DNA of 63,966 bases, filler included, from Acidimicrobiia bacterium (GTDB lineage Bacteria; Actinomycetota; Acidimicrobiia; Spongiisociales; CAZKJJ01): NCBI GenBank assembly GCA_046759765.1. It is 5 parts of 5 records of this genome, joined end to end, with 100 filler letters (N's around TTAATTAATTAA, not from the genome) between each part and the next. Parts side by side here need not be neighbours in the genome. Positions count along the whole stretch, not along the records: positions 45,970 to 60,699 come from JBHICV010000053.1; positions 60,800 to 63,966 come from JBHICV010000228.1; 3 more parts are not named here. One strand, 5' to 3'. This document shows, piece after piece, positions 57,279-63,966 of this stretch. Made by a program: the position numbers and the translations under genes. Each line of letters opens with the position of its first letter. Position 1 is the first letter of the stretch. The notes beneath the pieces were generated by a model that was not told the origin of the DNA, did not search any database, and worked only from the letters and a program-made list of their open reading frames with translations.

Positions 57279-58421
57279 GTGGACCTTTCTGCAGAGGCGA
57301 TCGCTCGGGCGACGCCGGCGACCAGGGACCGCTATGTCGACTTCTTGCGCGCCTTCAGCATCGTCGTCGTGGTGGTCGGCCACTGGTTCATCGCCATCAT
57401 TCATTTCGAAGGCGGCCGAATCTACGTGGAGAACGCGGTGGGCTATCAGTCAGGCCTGTGGCTGGCGACGTGGGTGCTGCAAGTCATGCCGCTCTTCTTC
57501 TTCGTAGGCGGATTCTCCAACGCCCGGGGCTGGGACTCGGTGCAGCGGAGCGGCGGCGGCTATCGCGACTACATGCAGCGTCGCCTGACGCGTCTCCTCA
57601 AGCCGACGGCCGTGTTCATTGGGGTGTGGGTCGTGGTCGAGGTTGTGCTCCACGCTTTCGAGATCGGGGCTCCCGGCCTAACTCGAGGGACATTTCTGCC
57701 CTTTGGGCCAATGTGGTTCCTCATCGTCTACATGTTCATCGTGGCGCTGGCGCCGATTACGCGCCGTTGGCATGAGCGCTGGGGGGTTGGAGCGGTGCTG
57801 GCGTTGCTGGTTGCAGTTGTCCTCGTCGAGATCCTGCGGTTCGGGTTCGACGTCCGCTGGATCGGGTGGCTCAACCTGGCCACGGTTTGGGTGATGGTTC
57901 ACCAGATCGGCTACTTCTACGCTGACGGGTCGTTGCTCGAAGCCGGGCGGCGGCTCTGGTGGGGGATGGTGGCCGCGGGCCTCGGTGTGCTTGTCGTGCT
58001 GACCAACCTGGAAGCTCTCACTGGTGAGCTCTGGTACCCGAGAAGCATGGTCGGGGTCGACATCGAACCGATCTCGAACATGAGCCCCCCATCCCTGGCG
58101 ATTGTTGCGCTGGCTTGTTGGCAGATTGGGGCGGCAATGCTGCTGCGGGCGCCGGTGAGCGCCTGGCTGGAACGGGTCCGGGTCTGGGCACTGGTCGTGT
58201 TCACCAACACCATCATCATGACCCTCTTCCTGTGGCACCTCACCGCCTTTGTGATTGTCATCCTCGTGATCTACCCGCTCGGGTTCGGTCACCCGCTCGA
58301 TACGAATGCTCGATGGTGGGCCGAGCGAGCGCTGTGGTTGGCGCTCCCGACTTTGGTCTTGTCGCTATTCGTGTGGATCTTCAGCCGGTTTGAAAGGCCG
58401 TCGCTGCGGACCAGGACCTAG
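57279..58421 (+). CDS. Acyltransferase-3 family membrane protein
   Basis: RDRYVDFLRA..GHW, QVMPLFFFVGG, SNMSPPS, TLFLWH. Confidence 0.88.
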   Translation: MDLSAEAIARATPATRDRYVDFLRAFSIVVVVVGHWFIAIIHFEGGRIYVENAVGYQSGLWLATWVLQVMPLFFFVGGFSNARGWDSVQRSGGGYRDYMQRRLTRLLKPTAVFIGVWVVVEVVLHAFEIGAPGLTRGTFLPFGPMWFLIVYMFIVALAPITRRWHERWGVGAVLALLVAVVLVEILRFGFDVRWIGWLNLATVWVMVHQIGYFYADGSLLEAGRRLWWGMVAAGLGVLVVLTNLEALTGELWYPRSMVGVDIEPISNMSPPSLAIVALACWQIGAAMLLRAPVSAWLERVRVWALVVFTNTIIMTLFLWHLTAFVIVILVIYPLGFGHPLDTNARWWAERALWLALPTLVLSLFVWIFSRFERPSLRTRT

Positions 58422-58921
58422 ACGAGAAGGCTGGGAGGTCCGTTGGCGTGAGCCAGCGCTCCACCGCTGAACGCTTCGTTGCCGGTCACCTCAGGACCAG
58501 CGAATGCTGGCGGTTGATACGTCGTCATGGCTTCGACCGATTCGAAATCGATCTCGAGGAGGATCAGGCCCGCCAGCCGACCTTCGAAGACGTCGACCGC
58601 AGCCCGGGGATCCAAGTCCAGGCGATGGCGGACCTTGACCAGCTCGCTCGCCCGAAGCCAGCTCAAGATCTCGTACTCGTCGGGGCTGAGATAGAGGCTC
58701 GTATGCAAGATAAGGCTCGGATCCGTCTCATCTGGCCTCACCTTGTGACCGAGCTTCAGCTGCTCCACGTTGCCGGAGACATCTTCGATCCTGCGCAGCC
58801 TCAGTCGGGTTCCGGAGAGATAACGGTCAACAATTCGTCGGGGGTCAGAGACACCCTCCGGCAGCTCGGCGAGGAGAAACCGGCGCTCGCGTTCAGGCCG
58901 CGAGTACTTGTCGAGCGGCAT
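58418..58921 (-). CDS. CYTH-superfamily protein
   Basis: ERERRFL, DRYL..RLRLR, KVRH, VDVFEG..LEIDF, EVT. Confidence 0.8.
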   Translation of the reverse strand: MPLDKYSRPERERRFLLAELPEGVSDPRRIVDRYLSGTRLRLRRIEDVSGNVEQLKLGHKVRPDETDPSLILHTSLYLSPDEYEILSWLRASELVKVRHRLDLDPRAAVDVFEGRLAGLILLEIDFESVEAMTTYQPPAFAGPEVTGNEAFSGGALAHANGPPSLLV

Positions 58922-59022
58922 AAACCGAAGCTACGCAGAGAAAAGCGGGCCTGACGAAGCCTGCGGCAAGTACGAAGCGTATAGTCGGCCGCACGGTCAG
59001 CTTGGGGAGGGAGGTAGTTGCT

Positions 59023-59346
59023 ATGCCCAAGTACCTGTTCAAGGCGAACCTGTCGCCCGAGGGGTTGATGGGGACTTTGAAGGAGGGCGGCACTAGCCGC
59101 AGAGCCGAAATAGAGAAGGAGACGAAGGACCTGGGCGGCACCATCGAAGCCTTCTACTACGCCTTCGGCGAGACGGACGCATTTGTTATTGCCGACGTGC
59201 CCGATGCCGAAACCGCCGCCGCCTTTTCGATGGCTGTTACAGCCAGCGGCGCGGGGACGGTAGAGACCATCGTCCTGATAACTCCGGAACAAATGGACGA
59301 GGCGGCCCAGAAGACGGTCCACTACCGGCCACCAGGAGTCGGCTAG
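59023..59346 (+). CDS. GYD-domain protein
   Basis: LGGTIEAFYYAFGETD, YRPPG end; GGAGG RBS. Confidence 0.85.
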   Translation: MPKYLFKANLSPEGLMGTLKEGGTSRRAEIEKETKDLGGTIEAFYYAFGETDAFVIADVPDAETAAAFSMAVTASGAGTVETIVLITPEQMDEAAQKTVHYRPPGVG

Positions 59347-59426
59347 AGCTGCGTCCTGCCTAGCTGATCGAACCCGCTCTCCCGAGGTCGGGTGGGAGTT
59401 GCCCGCGCGTTGGCTAGGTTCTCCTG

Positions 59427-60416
59427 ATGCGTTTTGGAGCTTTCGTTCCGCAAGGCTGGCGCATGGAGCTGGCCCGCATCGACCAAGCCGACCACTGGTC
59501 CACCATGCTGGGCGTCGCCCAGGCCTTGGAGGACTCGGGTTTCGAGTCTGGGTGGGTATTCGACCACTTCCACACCATTCCCATCCCTTCCCAGGAAGTG
59601 ACTTATGAGGCGTGGACGCTCATGTCGGCTTTGGCGGCCAGTACCGACTCATTACGGCTCGGCCAGATGTGCACTTGCAACGGCTACCGGGCTCCTTCCT
59701 ACCTCGCCAAGGTGGCGGCCTCGATCGACGTCATCTCAGACGGACGTCTGGAGATGGGCATCGGAGGCGGCTGGTACGAGGAGGAGTTCCTCGGATATGG
59801 CTACAAGTTTCCGAAGCCCGCCGTCCGGCTCGGGGAGTTGGACGAGGCGGTCCAGATCATGCAGCGGATGTGGACTGAAGACGAGGTCTTCTTCGAAGGC
59901 AGGTACTACCAGCTTCAGGGCGCCATCTGCCAGCCCAAGCCCGTGCAGGTGCCACACGTTCCGATCTGGGTTGCCGGCGGAGGTGAGCAGCTGACACTGC
60001 GGACCGCCGCTCGGTACGCCAGCCACACGAATTTCGGGCTCGACCTCGAGAGCTTCATCCACAAGTCCGAGGTGCTTGCCAAGCACTGCGCCGAGCAGGG
60101 CACCGACGTTGATGAAATCGTGCGGTCCTCCAACTTCACGATCGCCATCGGCGAGACGACCGATGCCGCCGAGGACAAGATGGCCTGGCTGGAGGACTAC
60201 TACACACAGCTGGAGGTGCCGGAAGAGAACACCAAGCGCCAGGTTGGCTTCATCAAGGAGGCCGGCCTGTGGGGATCACCGGACAGAATCATCTCGGATC
60301 TCAAAGACTGGGAGGCAGCCGGGCTGACCTACGCAATCCTGTTCTTCCCGGAAGCTCCCTACGACCGCCGCGGCATCGAACTCTTCGCCAAAGAGATAAT
60401 TCCGGCCTTTCGCTGA
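59427..60416 (+). CDS. F420-dependent LLM-class oxidoreductase
   Basis: FVPQGW, WVFDHFH, LGQMCTCNGYR, GGGEQLTLR. Confidence 0.9.
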   Translation: MRFGAFVPQGWRMELARIDQADHWSTMLGVAQALEDSGFESGWVFDHFHTIPIPSQEVTYEAWTLMSALAASTDSLRLGQMCTCNGYRAPSYLAKVAASIDVISDGRLEMGIGGGWYEEEFLGYGYKFPKPAVRLGELDEAVQIMQRMWTEDEVFFEGRYYQLQGAICQPKPVQVPHVPIWVAGGGEQLTLRTAARYASHTNFGLDLESFIHKSEVLAKHCAEQGTDVDEIVRSSNFTIAIGETTDAAEDKMAWLEDYYTQLEVPEENTKRQVGFIKEAGLWGSPDRIISDLKDWEAAGLTYAILFFPEAPYDRRGIELFAKEIIPAFR

Positions 60417-60466
60417 CCCTCACGGAGGCCAGGTGATCAAGTCTCAAGACCCTACGGGTTGGTCTA

Positions 60467-60699
60467 TCAGGTGAGTTCGGATGCGAGGGCTGTGGCGGCG
60501 CGGTGGGCAATCGTCGCTACCGAGATCATCGGGTTTACACCGCTGGCGTTGGGAAAGCAGGAACTGTCCATGACGTACAACCCTCGAGTGTTGTGGGCTT
60601 CGTTGTAAGGACCGACGACGGATGCGGACGGGTCACTCCCCATACGCGCACCCCCCATCTGATGCAGAGTGGCGTATGAGGTCTGGTTGAGTCCGTATC
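60467..60699 (-). CDS. GMC oxidoreductase, C-terminal fragment
   Basis: HQMGGARMG, YVMDSSCFPNASGVNP. Confidence 0.85.
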
Positions 60700-60799
60700 N
60701 NNNNNNNNNNNNNNNNNNNNNNNNNNNNNNNNNNNNNNNNNNNTTAATTAATTAANNNNNNNNNNNNNNNNNNNNNNNNNNNNNNNNNNNNNNNNNNNN
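60700..60799. other. Artificial contig linker
   Basis: 44 N + TTAATTAATTAA + 44 N. Confidence 0.97.
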
Positions 60800-60968
60800 C
60801 TGGTGCGACGCTCAATCCGCAAGGACTACGGGCGACTCAAAGCGCTACTGGAGTCCTAGAAGGCCTCACAAGGGCACCTGTCGAGCGCACGTGCATCGGT
60901 TCGGCCGGAAAGGAGTTCGCCCATGCCGTAATCGAGGCCATCGGCGGCCCTGAGTACGTTCGGGCCCG

Positions 60969-63695
60969 TTAGCCGGTGTTGCGCAGGCCGGCGGCGAGGC
61001 CGTTGACCGTGAGGAGCAGGGCCCGCTGCAGCGTTGGGTCACCTGTGTCGGCTTCCCGTGACCTGGAGAGCAAAGCCGCCTGCAGGTAGCTGATCGGATC
61101 GAGATAGATGTCGCGGACTTCGAGGGTGCGTTTGAGAACGGGATTGTGACCGAGGAGCTGGATTCCGGTGATCCTTGTGATCTCCTCCACCGTCCGATCG
61201 TGCTCCGCCTCGATGACGGCAAAAACGTCGCGATGTTCCTCGGGCACCAGCTCCACGTAGCGGGCGGCCACCGTCAGATCGGTCTTTGCCAGCGTCATCT
61301 CGACGTTGGAGACGAAGGCACGGAAGTACGGCCATATGGCGTACATCTCGTCGAATACTTCGCTGCCTTCGCTGTCACGAGCGGCGACCAATCCTGCACC
61401 CACCCCGAACCAGCCGGGAACGATGTGGCGAGACTGGGTCCATCCGAAGACCCACGGGATGGCGCGCAGGCCTTCGAGGCCAACGTCATCGGACCCCGGC
61501 CGGCGCGCAGGCCGTGAGCCGATGTTCATCGCTGCCAGCTCCTCGACCGGGGTGGCGGAAAGGAAGTACGGCACAAGGTGAGGCGACTCGATCAGTCCGC
61601 GGTACTCCCGGTAGGCGGCGCCGCTCAGCGCATCCATCGCCTCGTACCAGCGGCCGAGAACCTCTGCAGGTTGCCTTGGCTCGCGGTGGAGCAACGACGC
61701 CTCCAGCGTGGATGCCACTGCCAGCTCGAGGTTGGCCCGAGCGAGATGGGGGAGGGCGTATTTGTCGGAGAGCACCTCGCCCTGTTCGGTGATCTTGATA
61801 TATCCGTCCACCGTCCCCCATGGCTGCGCCAGGATCGCCTCGCCGGTCGGTCCGCCCCCGCGCCCGATCGTGCCTCCCCTTCCGTGAAAGATCCGCAGCG
61901 CCACACCATGACCGAGCGCTGCGTTCCTCAGCTCACGGGAAGCCTTGTAAAGCTCCCACTGGGACGTGGCGATGCCGGCGTGCTTGTTCGAGTCCGAGTA
62001 GCCGAGCATGACCTCCTGGACGTCTCCCCGCAGCGCAACGATGGCGCGGTATGGCTTGATTGCCAGCAGTTGATCGAGGATGTCTCCGGCGCGGCGAACC
62101 TCATCGATCGTTTCGAAGAGCGGCACGAAGCCGATGCGAGCGATGCCCGCGTCGGGATCGACAAGCGCCGCTAGGTGGGCCAACACGACCGCGGCGAGTA
62201 CGTCGTCGGGCCCCCTGGTCTCCGAGATGACGTAGCTCTCGATTGCGCCGTCGTAGCGGTCGAGAGCTCGACGCGCGGTGTGGAAGGTATCCAGCGTGTG
62301 TTGCGCAGCAACGCTCAACTGGCCGTTTCCCGGATCCAACGAAGTATTGCCGTCGATGGTTTTGGTCAGCAGGCGGAGGCGCTCTAGCGGGTCCAGTGTC
62401 TGGAAGTCGGAGTGACCCGAGAGCCGATACAGCTCAGTGAGCGCTTCATGATGGCGAGCCGCGTGCTCGCGTAGATCCATGGTGGCGAGGTGAAAGCCGA
62501 AAGCGGCGACGCGGTGCATGAGCCTGGCAACCATTCCCTCGGCGATGAGCAGGCCATGGTTCTCCTCGAGTGACCGAGCCATAACGGCTAGGTCGTCGAG
62601 CAGCTGGTCGGGAGAGAGGTAGTCGAGGCCGGGACGGTGAGCGCGGCCCGCCATGACCTCTCTTGTGTTGTGGAGCCGCTGGTGGATGTAGGCGCACTTC
62701 TGTCGATAGGGCTCTCCGGCAGACAGACGGGAGAAGCGCTCGTGCACGGCCGGAAGGACGTTCCCGTCGGCCACCAACGATGCTTGCAGCTGGGCGCTGG
62801 CCGGCATGATGCGCTCGGAGGGACTCAACTCGGCGGCGAGGTCTTCCACTGCGCTGATGAGGTTCCGCAGCGCGTGTTCATGCTGCCGCTGAAGAACGTT
62901 GAGTGTCGTGGCGGGAGTCACATTGGGGTTGCCATCGCGGTCGCCACCCACCCAGGTTCCGAACGTCAGCGGGCCTGCCCGAAGGTCGAGAGTTGCTCCC
63001 ATGCTCCGAAGCTGATGCCCCAGCTCGTCGTACACGTCGGGCACAGCCTCATCGAAGAGTTGGTCCAGGTAGTAGAGGACCGAGGTGGCCTCGTCCTCTG
63101 GAGTGGGCCGTTCGGCGCGCAGCTCGTCGGTCTGCCATATGAGATCGACCAGCTCTGCTACCCGTCGTTCCAGCCTCGCGCGGTCAGAACCACTGAGGTC
63201 GCTGTCTCGCCGTTGCCGCAACAGATCGGCGATGCGGACGGTCTTGGTTTGGATGGAACGTCGCGCCGCTTCCGTTGGATGGGCGGTGAATACCGGTCGC
63301 ACCTCGAGCCTGGCCACGACGTCGTCGCGTACCGCCGGCGAGACGTCGGCGGCTTTGATCCGATCCACCGCAGCTGCAAGGTGGCCGGTGGTGTCGGCAC
63401 CGTGAAGGCGGTGCTGCTGCTCGGCCACGTTTGCCAGGTAGAAGTATGCCGAGAACGCCCTGACCAGCTGGATGGTGGTGTCGAGGTCGAGTCGGTCGAG
63501 AAGGTCGCTGAGTCGGGCGGAAGCATCTCTTGTCTCATCGGCGTCATCGGACCGAATCCGTTTGGTCAGCGCCCGCACGTCCTCCACGAGGTCGAGCAGC
63601 TCCGTACCGTGCTGGCGCACCAGTGTCTCGCCGAGGAGGTTGCCGAGGAATCGGATGTCGCTCCTCAGCGGGGCGTCCGAGTTTGTCAAGGTCAC
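60969..63695 (-). CDS. ppc: Phosphoenolpyruvate carboxylase
   Basis: VFTAHPTE, WVGGDRDGNP, VMLGYSDSNK, FHGRGGTIGRGG, LRAIPWVF, GLRNTG end. Confidence 0.97.
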   Translation of the reverse strand: MTLTNSDAPLRSDIRFLGNLLGETLVRQHGTELLDLVEDVRALTKRIRSDDADETRDASARLSDLLDRLDLDTTIQLVRAFSAYFYLANVAEQQHRLHGADTTGHLAAAVDRIKAADVSPAVRDDVVARLEVRPVFTAHPTEAARRSIQTKTVRIADLLRQRRDSDLSGSDRARLERRVAELVDLIWQTDELRAERPTPEDEATSVLYYLDQLFDEAVPDVYDELGHQLRSMGATLDLRAGPLTFGTWVGGDRDGNPNVTPATTLNVLQRQHEHALRNLISAVEDLAAELSPSERIMPASAQLQASLVADGNVLPAVHERFSRLSAGEPYRQKCAYIHQRLHNTREVMAGRAHRPGLDYLSPDQLLDDLAVMARSLEENHGLLIAEGMVARLMHRVAAFGFHLATMDLREHAARHHEALTELYRLSGHSDFQTLDPLERLRLLTKTIDGNTSLDPGNGQLSVAAQHTLDTFHTARRALDRYDGAIESYVISETRGPDDVLAAVVLAHLAALVDPDAGIARIGFVPLFETIDEVRRAGDILDQLLAIKPYRAIVALRGDVQEVMLGYSDSNKHAGIATSQWELYKASRELRNAALGHGVALRIFHGRGGTIGRGGGPTGEAILAQPWGTVDGYIKITEQGEVLSDKYALPHLARANLELAVASTLEASLLHREPRQPAEVLGRWYEAMDALSGAAYREYRGLIESPHLVPYFLSATPVEELAAMNIGSRPARRPGSDDVGLEGLRAIPWVFGWTQSRHIVPGWFGVGAGLVAARDSEGSEVFDEMYAIWPYFRAFVSNVEMTLAKTDLTVAARYVELVPEEHRDVFAVIEAEHDRTVEEITRITGIQLLGHNPVLKRTLEVRDIYLDPISYLQAALLSRSREADTGDPTLQRALLLTVNGLAAGLRNTG

Positions 63696-63966
63696 TATCG
63701 GCGAGCGTAGCCCGGTCCTTGCCTCCCGTTTGAAGGCCGGGGAGCACCGAGCACGGCCTCAGTCGGAAGCGTCGTTGAGAGGGGTGGATACGCTCTGAGG
63801 GGGAACCTGTCGGATGCGTCTGTGGGGGCGTCGGACGTTGCGTTTGCAAGGCGCGGGTAGCAGGGTTGCGGATGTCGAGTCTTGCGTGGTGGGATTTCTG
63901 GGACGTGGATGTCGGGAGCTCGTCGGTTGTGTGAGAGCTGAGTTCGTCTACGAAGTCTCGAGCTTT

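Noticed and set aside
60800..60859. Possible SRPBCC-like gene tail LVRRSIRKDYGRLKALLES*
   Set aside because: Only 19 codons; cannot be supported.
22128..63695. ppdK plus ppc as a linked C4-like carbon pathway cluster
   Set aside because: They lie on different contigs joined artificially, and both are common anaplerotic enzymes.
63700..63966. Strand-skewed, open minus-strand frame at the window end, possibly the tail of an HNH/DUF222-type gene
   Set aside because: No recognisable motif within the window, and the frame runs into ppc.
1..63966. CRISPR array, transposase, prophage, rRNA
   Set aside because: No regularly spaced direct repeats or recognisable cas, transposase, integrase, phage or rRNA sequence were seen.

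Overview
High-GC actinobacterial DNA, probably an Acidimicrobiia-like metagenome assembly (inferred from gene content, not tested). It is five unrelated contig pieces joined by artificial 100-bp linkers (44 N + TTAATTAATTAA + 44 N), so synteny is valid only within each piece. Piece 1 (1-15483): heat-shock cluster (clpB partial, hspR-dnaJ-grpE-dnaK, hsp20) with HAIR-like operators and SigH/SigR-type promoters, a spermidine-synthase-like membrane protein, padR, a P-loop kinase/F420-LLM fusion, an MprAB-like two-component system and a MacAB-like ABC module. Piece 2 (15584-30938): RidA, GNAT, an FtsH-like paralog, a frameshifted methyltransferase, ppdK, a DevS/DevR-like module with CBS-BON and PNPOx genes, arfB and an S9 peptidase. 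Piece 3 (31039-45869): an 11-subunit complex I-like operon (nuoABCDHIJKLMN, no nuoEFG), then a MidA/NDUFAF7-family methyltransferase, htpX and tRNA-Tyr/Thr/Met. Piece 4 (45970-60699): a TolB-like/TPR protein, a STAND class III cyclase, the PspC/HK/RR locus, an S1 protease, an orphan Pycsar-type transmembrane effector, a CYTH protein and an F420-LLM. Piece 5: ppc. No CRISPR array, transposase or prophage was seen. Best leads: the orphan Pycsar effector with nearby cyclase-type genes, MidA next to nuoN, a dispersed ~50-bp palindromic repeat family, and a repeat-encoded mini-ORF bridging nuoI and nuoJ. All family calls come from motif recognition by eye; no database search was run.
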